From contig JBAZTE010000008.1 of the NCBI GenBank assembly GCA_041662065.1, positions 78,595 through 142,594 of the forward strand: 64,000 bases of DNA, given 5' to 3'. This document shows, one piece after another, positions 18,202 to 27,921 of this stretch (positions within the stretch are counted from its first letter, which is position 1; every line of letters begins with the position of its first letter). This DNA comes from Bacteroidales bacterium (GTDB lineage Bacteria > Bacteroidota > Bacteroidia > Bacteroidales > UBA12481). Made by a program: the position numbers and the translations under genes. The notes below the pieces were generated by a model. The model was not told the origin of the DNA. It worked only from the letters and a program-made list of their open reading frames with translations, and made no database searches.

Positions 18202-19149
18202 TCAACGAGGTACAGTGATCACCACATTCCCTTTTTTGTGTTTTTTGTCAACATACCTGTGGCCTTCTACCATTTGTTCCAATGGATAGCTCCTGTCAAT
18301 AACCGTTTTTAAATGCCCCGCTTCGATCAATTCTCTAAGTGAGATCAGATCTTCTGACTTTAACTTGTTTGATCCGGAAAGCGTGGTAAGCGCGTTTAAA
18401 TGAATCCCTGTCTTGTTTAAAGTTCCTTTAACTTTAGATGTTGTAAGATGACCTATTGTATCAAAAACAACGTCATAAGTCTCCCCTTTTTGGAAAAAAT
18501 CTTCCTGGGTGTAATCAATGACCTGGTCTGCGCCCAGGGATTTTACCAACTCCAGATTTGCCGTGCTGCATACCCCGGTAACTTCGGCGCCGAAGTGTTT
18601 GGCCAGTTGTACTCCAAAAGTACCTAAGCTTCCTGAAGCACCATAAATCAGGACTTTTTGACCACGGTGAATATTTGCTATCCTGAGAATACGCAGGGCG
18701 GTTACTGCCCCATTCGGCACTGTAGCGGCTTCCTCATAGGTCATATTAGCCGGTTTTATTGCCATGAACGCGTCTTCAGGCAGGCAACAATACTCGGCAT
18801 AGCCACCAAAGTTCATTCCGGTTGCTGCAAAAATCGGATCACCCTTTTTAAACAGCTTCACATCCTTGCCCACTGCTACGATATCTCCGGACACCTCCAT
18901 CCCCAATATATTTTTTCTTGGTCCCGTGAAACCTATCATTATGCGCATCATGGGCTTGAAAAAGAAATCCCTGACAGGTCCTAACCCGGGCTTAAAACTT
19001 CGGATTTTAGTGTCCCCAATGTGAACAGTGGTAGCATGAACTTTTATGAGGACATCATGATCACCCGGTACTGGTTTTTCTACCTCCCGGAGTTGAAGAA
19101 CCTCTGGGGGTCCGTATTTGGTGCATATAATTGCTTTCATATCATCCAT
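18202..19149 (-). CDS. MDR-superfamily NAD(P)H:quinone oxidoreductase-like (paralogue 3)
   Basis: ORF track. It contains [17 protein letters not shown] and [14 protein letters not shown]. Confidence 0.8.
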   Translation of the reverse strand: MDDMKAIICTKYGPPEVLQLREVEKPVPGDHDVLIKVHATTVHIGDTKIRSFKPGLGPVRDFFFKPMMRIMIGFTGPRKNILGMEVSGDIVAVGKDVKLFKKGDPIFAATGMNFGGYAEYCCLPEDAFMAIKPANMTYEEAATVPNGAVTALRILRIANIHRGQKVLIYGASGSLGTFGVQLAKHFGAEVTGVCSTANLELVKSLGADQVIDYTQEDFFQKGETYDVVFDTIGHLTTSKVKGTLNKTGIHLNALTTLSGSNKLKSEDLISLRELIEAGHLKTVIDRSYPLEQMVEGHRYVDKKHKKGNVVITVPR

Positions 19150-19165
19150 TCATTGAATAATTCTT

Positions 19166-19235
19166 ACAAATAAAGTGATAAACTATTATCAATTAAAGGA
19201 TAAAGTGATAAACGGTCAGATAATAGGATAGGCGG
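19166..19235 (-). promoter_or_regulatory. operator+promoter module copy 6
   Basis: The reverse complement reads CCGCCTATCCtattatctgaCCGTTTATCACtttatccTTTAattgataatagtttatcacTTTATTTG. It lies 16 nt upstream of ATG 19149. The -33 box is TTTA rather than TTTG. Confidence 0.6.
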
Positions 19236-19245
19236 TGGTGCCTGT

Positions 19246-19362
19246 CTACAGCAGGTTAAACAGGCTTATATTGTCAATGTCCAGGTTTTTCAAAGAATTA
19301 GGATTTTGGCCAAAGAGTCCCAATGGGAGGATGTATACCAAAATAATCCAATATTTTTTCAT
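19246..19362 (-). CDS. possible 38-aa small secreted peptide (below ORF-track cutoff)
   Basis: My own translation gives MKKYWIILVYILPLGLFGQNPNSLKNLDIDNISLFNLL*. It has a basic-hydrophobic N-terminus. The stop (19246-19248) is 10 nt from the distal repeat of module copy 6. I could not recognise a promoter or conservation evidence, and the region is AT-rich, so it may be a chance ORF. Confidence 0.2.
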   Translation of the reverse strand: MKKYWIILVYILPLGLFGQNPNSLKNLDIDNISLFNLL

Positions 19363-19473
19363 TTTACCGAGCTTCTATTTAGGTTCACTTCCTATGAATG
19401 TGTAACATTCTCAGGTATCGAATAGGTATCACCTTTTTTAAAATCTCTGTCAGCGGTTCGTTGTTTGTTTTCG

Positions 19474-20190
19474 TTACATTCTGTCAAAAATTGGTCTTGG
19501 TATTCGCTTTAATATTGTCGCTATTAGTCCCCAACGTTTTGTTACATAAGCAATTTTCTTTTTCGTTTTAATTGCGTTATAAATCTGCCTTGTTGCTTTG
19601 TCTATGGCTGCAACCCAAAATTGTCCTTTACCTTTAGCCATATCAGTGTCCACAAAACCAGGTCTGATGTCTGTTACACTTATTGGAGTTTTTAGAAATG
19701 TTGATTTTTGTCTCAACGCTTCCAAATAATTAATTTGAAATGCTTTTGTTGCATTATATGATGGCGCTTGTCTGCTTCCACGAAGTCCACCAACTGAACT
19801 TATTGCTACTAAATGTCCGAATTTCTGCTTTTCAAAGAGGTTAAATGTCCAGTCAACAATACAAGTAAACCCGAGAACATTGGTGTCAATAGTTCGTTTT
19901 TCAATTGCAAAGTCTAAATTGGAATTTATTTCGCCAGTTCCTGAACTAATAACAAGCAAGTCTAGTCCACCGAGTTCGGTTGTCAATTCTTCTAATTTCT
20001 CAATGCTTAATTTAGTGTCTGCTATGTCAAATGTTTTTATTACAAAAGAATTTGGGTTTTCTTTTTTTAATTCGTCAAGTAGATTTGACCGTCTTCCAGT
20101 TATCCCAACTTTGTAGCCGTTGTCAACTAGCAATTTTGCAAGTCCTTTACCTATTCCAGATGTCGCACCAATTACTATAGCTTTTTTCAT
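19474..20190 (-). CDS. short-chain dehydrogenase/reductase (SDR) family oxidoreductase (238 aa)
   Basis: ORF track. It has the TGxxxGIG motif (GATSGIGKG) and a YxxxK motif (YNATK). Confidence 0.85.
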   Translation of the reverse strand: MKKAIVIGATSGIGKGLAKLLVDNGYKVGITGRRSNLLDELKKENPNSFVIKTFDIADTKLSIEKLEELTTELGGLDLLVISSGTGEINSNLDFAIEKRTIDTNVLGFTCIVDWTFNLFEKQKFGHLVAISSVGGLRGSRQAPSYNATKAFQINYLEALRQKSTFLKTPISVTDIRPGFVDTDMAKGKGQFWVAAIDKATRQIYNAIKTKKKIAYVTKRWGLIATILKRIPRPIFDRM

Positions 20191-20244
20191 TCTGTTTCCC
20201 TGAGTGATGTCTTTACAATGACCGCGTTGCCAGCAGTTTATTTG

Positions 20245-21072
20245 TCATTTCTTCACATTAGTATCAAATACATACTTCAAACCGTCATAAAAACTTGGAA
20301 AAGGTACATGACCTGCATTTTCATATGTCAAATAACAATATGTTACTTTATTCCCTAATTTGACTTTGACAAAATCTGAAAAATCTGCTATTTGCTGATG
20401 TAACTTGCCGTCCGGATCAATTGGGTCTTTAAGTCCATTTGTAATAAAAATCTTTTGGCCATTATATTGGTCTGTTTCAAATGCTTTTTGGCTTAATTCT
20501 TTAAAATCGTATTCGCAATCAGGAAATCCAACACTACAAGCTATATAGGAGTTGAACGATTTTGGTTTAGTTAAAAAGGCGTATATTGTAAATAAGCCAC
20601 TAAGTGATTTACCACAAAGAATTCTATTATTTGTTGTTTTATAATTTTTTTCGATATAAGGAATAAGTTCATTCCCAATAAAATTTAAAAATTCCTTAGC
20701 TCCGGGGTTTCCAGAATAAAAGTTTGTTTTAACAGGTAACATATCTCTTGCCCTATCAGTATTCTCAATAAACACAACAATCATTTCTGGAACAATTTCT
20801 TCAAAATAAGTCAAGCGATTAATAATCGATACTGTTTCTAACATCAAATCAGTGTCACCATCTAATCGATAGATAACCGGATAAGATTTGTTTGAATTAT
20901 TATAATCATTAGGCAGATGTATCAATATTTTTCTACTCTCATGAAGTATCTCGGATTTAATACTATCTCTAAATCCAATTTTAATATTAATATCTTGTCC
21001 ATAAGTTAATCCTGACTTTACTAAACAAAGCAGAATAATCACAATAAAATAATTTCTCATAATTTTTATCAT
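20245..21072 (-). CDS. secreted alpha/beta hydrolase of the 'putative esterase' (enterochelin-esterase-like) family (275 aa)
   Basis: ORF track. It has a signal peptide, YPVIYRLDGD, and a nucleophile elbow GKSLSG. It is a paralogue of 24367-25296 and of the pseudogene 21144-21978. Confidence 0.7.
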   Translation of the reverse strand: MIKIMRNYFIVIILLCLVKSGLTYGQDINIKIGFRDSIKSEILHESRKILIHLPNDYNNSNKSYPVIYRLDGDTDLMLETVSIINRLTYFEEIVPEMIVVFIENTDRARDMLPVKTNFYSGNPGAKEFLNFIGNELIPYIEKNYKTTNNRILCGKSLSGLFTIYAFLTKPKSFNSYIACSVGFPDCEYDFKELSQKAFETDQYNGQKIFITNGLKDPIDPDGKLHQQIADFSDFVKVKLGNKVTYCYLTYENAGHVPFPSFYDGLKYVFDTNVKK

Positions 21073-21143
21073 ATCGTTTTGTGTTTAAATTGCAGGCAAC
21101 CACTGCAACCCAGGTGGCCTGAGAACCATAGATTTGTTTTTTG

Positions 21144-21978
21144 TTATTTCTCATTTGAATTTTCAAGCGGTTTCCAATCTTTATAAATCATTTCAAAACC
21201 TGCACATATACTTTTAAATCCCAGTGAATTATGTGTTTCATTCTTATAGTGTATATAATCCCAGTTTAATCCCACTGGTGCGGATTTATCCAGCAGATCA
21301 ATAAATGGGAAGATCCCCATACCTTTTTCATTTGATAACGAGAGGAACAGTTTCTTTTTAATATCCTTGTGGCTATTAAAGAAATCTGGTATTTTCTTTA
21401 CATAGGATTGGTCTTCGTACCATAAACTTGGGTCGATGCAAATATACGAGTCGAACAGGCCGGGTTGGTTTACCAATGCATAAATGGCAAATAGTCCTCC
21501 GGCGGAATGTCCGATAATACATCGTTCTGAAGAGGCTTGATAGGTTGAATCAATGTAAGTTACTAACTCCGAACCAATGAAGTTAAGAAATTTGTCGGCT
21601 CCTCCGCCGGTAGGACACTCTTTAGAAGGGGATGGCAAATAATCTTTTTCCCTGTCAGTGGATACGATCCCAACAATGATCATCGGCGGCATGATTTTCA
21701 GCACCACAATAGTAATTGACTATTCCGTAAACGGCAAAGAGATTATTCCCAACATCTAAAACATAAACAACAGGAAATTTTTCTTCCGGGTTGTCCTTGT
21801 AATTAAATGATGGAATGACTATTACGGTTTTTCGTTCATTGAGAACTTTCGACTCATAGTGTATTTTGTCTCCGATGATTAAATCGCCATATTTTTCCTG
21901 GGCAAAGCAATTTCCGGATGGCAATATAGATATCAGTAAAAGGAAAACCAGAATATGGTTTGGTTTAATCGTTTTCAT
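21144..21978 (-). pseudogene. frameshifted esterase-family alpha/beta hydrolase (two ORFs: 21655-21978 and 21144-21707)
   Basis: The N-terminal ORF ends ...FPVVYVLDVGNNLFAVYGIVNYYCG. The C-terminal ORF, in the +1 frame, continues VLKIMPPMIIVGIVSTDREKDYLP...GHSAGG. Together they align colinearly with the paralogues (YPVLYMMDGE...IPEFIVVGIKNTNRDKDVYP). The frame switch is near 21705-21720. Confidence 0.7.
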
Positions 21979-22175
21979 TATCAGGTTACTTTCTGGTAAA
22001 ACATACGTGAGAGACGATTGAGCTTAGTTTTTGTTACGATGAGCGGATTTAATCACAAGAGCCAGTCTTTTATGAACTCAAAACATTCTTTGTTGTCTGT
22101 CAACCAGTCTAAGCAACTTCTTGTTAGTACATCCTCTTCAAATGCCCAAAGTGTTGATGTTTCCATGGAATCCGG

Positions 22176-23447
22176 TCATTTTTTCCGTTTCAGGTAAACC
22201 AGCACAATGACCGGATTATCCTCCTCTTTCAGTTGGTTGTATAGCGCTACCGACCTGTTTGATTTCTTGCTGAGATCGATCTTCCCTTTTTTTGCAAGCT
22301 CTTTCATCTCTTCCCTGTAATCCAGTGCGGTGACAGTGCAGATCCAGATATTCCCCTCACGGTTAGTGAATTGGGGATAAAATGAAATCCCACCGTCCAG
22401 ATCATTGGGTATTTTCAGCATGGATGGGTAGGGTGCATTGTCAGGAATATTGGCAGCTTTCAGAGAGCCAGTAGTGTTATCCTTTTTATTCACCCTTACC
22501 AGATAGCAAATGGATTGAAGCCTGGCCCTGAAAAGCAGGTAATCATCCGATTCGAAAACAGGCTGGTTCACGATATAATCCCCGGATAAGCTCTTGGTCC
22601 TCGAACTAAACAGCCCTTGCAGCCATTTAGGACCGGCGTATTTTCCCTTATTCAAAAAATAACGGGCTGCCATTCCTTCCGGAGATGCCTCAAAAAGGGT
22701 GTCCGAAGCATAAGCATCGAACAGGTATTTGTTTTTATACCATACTTCCGACCTTTCACCGGTAAAACTGATCTTGTTTGCAAAGGGTTGGGAGCGCCAC
22801 TCGGTAGTGTTTGCCAGAGGACTTAAGATCTTCTGGATCTCCGTACCTTTCCGGTCGAGCAACAAGGCCTCATAGTTCCCGGGAGGAATCACCTCAGGTG
22901 GTGGCCGTTTGGCTCCAATTTTCAGTATACGATTGGGCGATAGCATGATGGTCCGTTCCGAAAGTTTGCTTTTATCAGGTTTAATGTCCTCGATAAACTT
23001 GCCATCATAGCTGAAACACAATTCATTGTGAGTAAAATTACGATGGAAATAGATCCGTTTTTCTTCCGGCGATAAGGAAAAATCTGATCCCATCGACAAT
23101 TCTCCGGGTCCGTTACCAATGCCTCCGATCCGGTTCTTCAACTTCCCGGCAAGGTTGAATCTCAAAAGCCCGATTTCATGCGAAGCCAGAACGAAAAGTT
23201 CATCGGGTGTCATTTCCAGATTAACCACCCAGCCAATCGGGAAGTCTGGCAATCCCTGCAAAGGAATGTAAACTATACTGTCGGCGAAATCGCTCAATTT
23301 CATCTTCACTTGGGTTTTTATGCCAGCGACTACATCTATAGAAATGGGGGTCCTTTTATTTCGGGCGTTGTTTGTCTGCGCTGGGATGGTTTCCACCGCA
23401 GTCAGGCTCAGCAATAACAAAGCAGTAAAATGGAAGGCTCTTTTCAT
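22176..23447 (-). CDS. secreted 6-bladed beta-propeller-like protein (BF3164-like), function unknown (423 aa)
   Basis: ORF track. It has a signal peptide and an N-terminal segment LSDFADSIVYIPLQ, typical of the Bacteroidales 6-bladed beta-propeller family. The assignment is by recollection of the family, not by a search. Confidence 0.45.
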   Translation of the reverse strand: MKRAFHFTALLLLSLTAVETIPAQTNNARNKRTPISIDVVAGIKTQVKMKLSDFADSIVYIPLQGLPDFPIGWVVNLEMTPDELFVLASHEIGLLRFNLAGKLKNRIGGIGNGPGELSMGSDFSLSPEEKRIYFHRNFTHNELCFSYDGKFIEDIKPDKSKLSERTIMLSPNRILKIGAKRPPPEVIPPGNYEALLLDRKGTEIQKILSPLANTTEWRSQPFANKISFTGERSEVWYKNKYLFDAYASDTLFEASPEGMAARYFLNKGKYAGPKWLQGLFSSRTKSLSGDYIVNQPVFESDDYLLFRARLQSICYLVRVNKKDNTTGSLKAANIPDNAPYPSMLKIPNDLDGGISFYPQFTNREGNIWICTVTALDYREEMKELAKKGKIDLSKKSNRSVALYNQLKEEDNPVIVLVYLKRKK

Positions 23448-24334
23448 TTCTGTTTAATCGTTGGTATTTCAGAAGGCATTACCCATTTTTGCAGTTCTTC
23501 TTTGAACACTACCGCATCGGGGTAATTCCTGAGCACCAAAACGGTATCCATGGGTGGGGTTGTGTAGTGGTAGTGGCTTGGAATGATATAACGGCTCCCG
23601 ATCCCATCCTGCACAAATTTACGTTCCATGGGATCAGTGGTCAGGTAAAAATGTTGGATGAAAGCGATATCTATTTTTTTCTCTGGCAGCTGGTAAGCCC
23701 TGAATTCATCAAAGGTAAACTGTTGGATATCGATATCTCCGGTGTGAAAGAGTTTTACTCCGTTCACCGATACAATGAACCCATAATTCAGGAGTTCAGT
23801 TTGACCTGCCTCGGTGGCTCCGTGCGGCAGGTATATGGCCTCGATGTTTATCCCCTTCAACTCTTTGCAATCTGATTTACCCTTTGATGGATTGAATGTT
23901 ATGACGCGATCGGGAAAATCAGCTAATATCGATGTCAGTTGCGAAGTGGATGCAAATACGGCCTTTGGATTATTTTTCAGGTATTGTCGGGTCATACCAG
24001 CATCGAAATGGTCTCCATGGGCATGTGTGGCCAGGATCAGATCCACACTGTCAAAGGGTGGCTGATTAAGAGCTATTTTTTTCTGAATATCCACCGGTAA
24101 TTCATACTCCCCTTTGAACCCTTTAATCAGCGCATCAATGAGAATCTTTTTACTGCCTGCCTTGATAAGAAACCCTGCGTTACCTACAAATGTTATGCTT
24201 ACCTCATTAAGGATCCCAACGGAGTTTGGAGAATAAACACTTGATTTCAGGTTTTGATGCGCGGCTGTATTGGCCGGTTTGCCCAAGCCGATGATGCACA
24301 CCAGGATTAACAGGCAGATTAACTTATTTTTCAT
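23444..24334 (-). CDS. secreted MBL-fold metallo-hydrolase (296 aa)
   Basis: ORF track. It has a signal peptide and the motif ATHAHGDHFD. Confidence 0.75.
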   Translation of the reverse strand: MKNKLICLLILVCIIGLGKPANTAAHQNLKSSVYSPNSVGILNEVSITFVGNAGFLIKAGSKKILIDALIKGFKGEYELPVDIQKKIALNQPPFDSVDLILATHAHGDHFDAGMTRQYLKNNPKAVFASTSQLTSILADFPDRVITFNPSKGKSDCKELKGINIEAIYLPHGATEAGQTELLNYGFIVSVNGVKLFHTGDIDIQQFTFDEFRAYQLPEKKIDIAFIQHFYLTTDPMERKFVQDGIGSRYIIPSHYHYTTPPMDTVLVLRNYPDAVVFKEELQKWVMPSEIPTIKQK

Positions 24335-24366
24335 ATCGTTCCATTCTGTCTAGTAAATATCAACAT

Positions 24367-25296
24367 TTATCTAACCGGAAAATCTTCGGAAAAGCCATAT
24401 TTCCTTTTCTGTTCTGAATAGTGCTGTTTTACTTCCGGGTTTTCTTTATCGGTAATCTCCCCGGCGTATTTCCAATCGCGGAAAAGGCATTTTAGTCCTG
24501 CAAAGATGGAGCTTGCAGGAACGTGGCCCTCACCTTCCAGAACGTTTAACCGACAGGTTAAACCTGCTGGTTTATTGATGTCAATGACCTCTTTTAAAGC
24601 ACCATTCAACCGGATAATGGTCGGGAAATCATGCTCGCCCATCACCAGATACAGGAACTTTTCGCCACCCCTCCAGTTCTTTACCAGGCTGTCCCTGCCG
24701 GCGGTGAAAACCGGGATGGAAAGTGTTGCACTCGCAGCGATATAGGCATTAAACGCCCCCGGATTGCTGAACATCGCGTAAACAGTGGTAAACCCGGTAT
24801 TTGAAGTTCCGAAGAGTATTTTGTAATCTTCGGTCCGATAGGTTTTATTGATAAAAGGGATCAATTCATCGGAGATAAAACTCAGATACTGATTGGCCCT
24901 TCCGCCTGCTTTTGTGCCATCTCCATAAGTAACCTCAACAGGATAAACATCTTTGTCGCGGTTTGTGTTTTTGATCCCAACAACGATAAACTCAGGTATC
25001 TGGCCAAGGAATTCAAGGTAACGAATACTGCCGATAAGCCCCGGAGTTGCATTGAATTCCCCGTCCATCATATAAAGGACCGGATATTTTTTGCCTGATT
25101 TTTCATACTCCTCAGGTACAGAGACTAAGATCTCGCGATCCTCTCCGATCTTTTCGGAGTAGATTTTGTGATACTTCACCAGTATCAAATCATTTTGAGC
25201 GATACCCTGTGCATGACCCGTAGTAAATGCAACGACCAGGGTGATGGCTGTAAAAAGGTACAGCCGCATGGGTGAGAACCTGTTTGATATAGTCAT
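24367..25296 (-). CDS. secreted esterase-family alpha/beta hydrolase (309 aa)
   Basis: ORF track. It contains YPVLYMMDGE and the elbow GTSNTG, and is a paralogue of 20245-21072. Confidence 0.65.
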   Translation of the reverse strand: MTISNRFSPMRLYLFTAITLVVAFTTGHAQGIAQNDLILVKYHKIYSEKIGEDREILVSVPEEYEKSGKKYPVLYMMDGEFNATPGLIGSIRYLEFLGQIPEFIVVGIKNTNRDKDVYPVEVTYGDGTKAGGRANQYLSFISDELIPFINKTYRTEDYKILFGTSNTGFTTVYAMFSNPGAFNAYIAASATLSIPVFTAGRDSLVKNWRGGEKFLYLVMGEHDFPTIIRLNGALKEVIDINKPAGLTCRLNVLEGEGHVPASSIFAGLKCLFRDWKYAGEITDKENPEVKQHYSEQKRKYGFSEDFPVR

Positions 25297-25300
25297 GATA

Positions 25301-26776
25301 TTACTCCAGACAAAATTTTCGGTTTATGATCTCTCCATCAATGCTCAACCGCAGTACATAGATCCCCGGAGCTTTACCTGTGAGATCGATGGTTGCGGTG
25401 GATCCCCGATGCATGATTGAAGATACGACTATTTCACCTGCTATGCTTGATATCATAATATTTGCGTTCCGATAGGCTCCGGTTCCAAAGGAGAGATGAA
25501 GCTTATCCTTTACCGGATTGGGGAAGAGCCTGATATTCTGATTCAGGCCCTGATTATCAATCCCCGACGCAACATTGATTTTGAGAGAAAAGGTGGTTGA
25601 AGCCGACGCTTCAACGGCGTCGGTTGCCAAAACTGTGACGGTGAATGTTCCCGCTTCGGTCGGGGTGCCGGCAAGTGTAAGGGTTTCAGAATCAAATTCT
25701 AGTCCGGATGGCAAACGGCTGGTGATGTAGCAAGTCAGCGTGTTGTTCCCGTCATCGTCAATGAAGGTGCTGTCGGGGAGGACATAGTTAAAAAGTTCAC
25801 CCACTTTTCCGGTCTGATTTTTTGGTTTGCTTTTCAGATAGGGAACAAAATTGGTGTTCTTAAGTGTTTCAATGAAACTTGTTGACACCCAATAGATTGA
25901 TTTGTTTGAGCCAAAGGTCATGTATTTGCCGTCCGGAGTTATATCCCCTGCAGTTTCATCATATTGGGTATTGATCTTGTTTCCAAGGTTTTTGGGATTT
26001 GTCCAGCCTCCATCTGCTTTCTTGTAGGAGATATAAATATCATTCAACCCATAACCTCCGGTCCTGGTGGACTTAAATATCAGGTAACTTTCATCAGGAG
26101 AAACATAGGGGTCGCCCCAGGTTTGCGTGGTATTGGCCTTATTAATCGGGAAAGGAAGAATGACCCTGGGCTCGTACCTCCCGTTCTGATACTGGCAACG
26201 GGCAATGTCGCCACTGCTGGTCGAGAAATAGACCGAGGTATCCGAAACAATACTCGGATGATATTGGTCCTGCGATAAATTTGGCGGATTACCCATGCTT
26301 TTGGGATTACTCCATCCGGTGCCATTCTTTTCTGAATAGCTTAAATCAACTGAACCGACCTGGTTCGAAACTCCACTCGCAAACAGATAAATTCTGCTGC
26401 CATTGAGTGCAAAAATGGGTTCACCGGTGGTCTTGTTTGCCGTGAATGATGCTGGTGCCGGGGTTGACCACCTGTCATTTATATATTCCGCAATCATGGT
26501 ATATGGAGATCCGGGGTTAGGCCAAAACGCAACATAAAATACAGCTGATTTCCCATCGGGGGAGAAACTGATGCAGGGAACATTCCTGTTTGGTAACGTA
26601 ACGATCCCCGGTGCAAAAACAACGGCGGAATCCCCCGGCGGGGTTTGTCCCAGATATAAGCTATCCACAGGAATTGTCTGGGCTTGGCCCGGGTTTATCA
26701 TCAGCGAAAACAGGACAGGAAGGATACTGGTTTTCAAGGGTACTGAAATGTGTAAACAATTTTTTTTCATGGTCAT
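25301..26776 (-). CDS. T9SS cargo protein: TolB-like propeller + Ig-like domain + T9SS CTD (paralogue 2)
   Basis: ORF track. The signal peptide is MKKNCLHISVPLKTSILPVLFSLMINPGQAQ (alternative start 26770). It contains LPSGLEFDSETLTLAGTPTE, and the C-terminus reads FPNPVKDKLHLSF...GIYVLRLSIDGEIINRKFCLE. Confidence 0.8.
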   Translation of the reverse strand: MTMKKNCLHISVPLKTSILPVLFSLMINPGQAQTIPVDSLYLGQTPPGDSAVVFAPGIVTLPNRNVPCISFSPDGKSAVFYVAFWPNPGSPYTMIAEYINDRWSTPAPASFTANKTTGEPIFALNGSRIYLFASGVSNQVGSVDLSYSEKNGTGWSNPKSMGNPPNLSQDQYHPSIVSDTSVYFSTSSGDIARCQYQNGRYEPRVILPFPINKANTTQTWGDPYVSPDESYLIFKSTRTGGYGLNDIYISYKKADGGWTNPKNLGNKINTQYDETAGDITPDGKYMTFGSNKSIYWVSTSFIETLKNTNFVPYLKSKPKNQTGKVGELFNYVLPDSTFIDDDGNNTLTCYITSRLPSGLEFDSETLTLAGTPTEAGTFTVTVLATDAVEASASTTFSLKINVASGIDNQGLNQNIRLFPNPVKDKLHLSFGTGAYRNANIMISSIAGEIVVSSIMHRGSTATIDLTGKAPGIYVLRLSIDGEIINRKFCLE

Positions 26777-26804
26777 AAGAGGTGTTAATTTTTAGAAACA
26801 ACAG

Positions 26805-26876
26805 CCATAAAAGAAGAGGACATTCAGGCGTTAGCAAAAGAGATTGTGATAAGCGGCAGAATAAGGTGATAAGCGG
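26805..26876 (-). promoter_or_regulatory. operator+promoter module copy 7 (embedded in the 3' end of CDS 26824-27921)
   Basis: The reverse complement reads CCGCTTATCACcttattctgCCGCTTATCACaatctctTTTGctaacgcctgaatgtcctcTTCTTTTATGG. The two 11-mers are perfect copies, 20 nt apart. Confidence 0.65.
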
Positions 26877-27921
26877 TTAGGATATCGTTGACACCCGACG
26901 GCTGCTCCCGGGTCAGGCACATCCACAATTCTTTCTTAACCAGGTTAATGCAAACGACTCCCTTTTCAAAAAAGGCAAATCCGAGAACTCCGCTAATCGG
27001 GTACTTATAGGCCATAGCGAGTGCATCCAGGTTGGCGATGATAGTTTGCATGGGATGCAGCTGTTGGCCACAGAGGGTAAAATCATTCATGGTTCCGTAC
27101 ATAACCTCCATCTGTCCCCTTCCTGAGCCTGTGAGATCGGCGCCGCTGGTGATCGTTACCGTATTCAGTACCTTTTTGGAAGAGGAGCTGCTGAGGACAT
27201 TTGCTTCAGCGCCTGTATCAAGACAAAAAATAGCAGATTTACCCCCAATGTTAGCAGGCATGAATACTACTCCGTCTACTTCCTTGATCGGACTAATCAG
27301 GGTTGTTTTCAGGGTATCGGCCTCCGCACCGATCCTTTTGCCTGACCTGTCTATCCGGTGGAGCCGCAATTCGCTCCGGTTTACATCGATCACTATTTCC
27401 ATGTCCCTGAACAGGTTCAGCCCGAACAATCCGAGAATTTTCACTCCACGGCGGTTCTCGATATGCTTAAGACTGATCACATCGGCCGGAACATTTTCAA
27501 AATATAGATCGGAAATATCGATCCTGGGTACACGGGTTTGATAAAGTTTTTCCGCACTCCCTGTTATGCCGCATGTTTTCGCATCAACCTCCCACAGGCC
27601 CTTCCGGAAATAGGTGTGGTTCAGCACCAGACTGCTGGCACCGGTGTCGAATACAAAATTACCGGTTTGATCACCAACCCTTGCTTCGATCAGGAATAGC
27701 TTTCCGACACGTTTCAACGGTATGGTTAGCGACTGAAAATCTCCCATCGGTTCCACGCCTGTATTCGATGAATTCCCGGTCAGTAGGCCCTGGTTAACCG
27801 ATATGAGCCCGGGATCTGGAGCTCCAGCCAGATAGGAACGGAAGGAGGTCAGTATCAGCAATATGGTCAGAAGCAGCATAGGACGGATCATCTTCCGGGA
27901 AAGGAAAAATACTTTAACCAA
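26824..27921 (-). CDS. secreted aspartic protease with two retropepsin-like lobes (365 aa)
   Basis: ORF track. It has two catalytic-type motifs, FVFDTGASSLVL and FCLDTGAEANVL, and an N-terminal signal/anchor. The last ~18 codons are encoded by module copy 7. Confidence 0.65.
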   Translation of the reverse strand: MVKVFFLSRKMIRPMLLLTILLILTSFRSYLAGAPDPGLISVNQGLLTGNSSNTGVEPMGDFQSLTIPLKRVGKLFLIEARVGDQTGNFVFDTGASSLVLNHTYFRKGLWEVDAKTCGITGSAEKLYQTRVPRIDISDLYFENVPADVISLKHIENRRGVKILGLFGLNLFRDMEIVIDVNRSELRLHRIDRSGKRIGAEADTLKTTLISPIKEVDGVVFMPANIGGKSAIFCLDTGAEANVLSSSSSKKVLNTVTITSGADLTGSGRGQMEVMYGTMNDFTLCGQQLHPMQTIIANLDALAMAYKYPISGVLGFAFFEKGVVCINLVKKELWMCLTREQPSGVNDILTAYHLILPLITISFANA

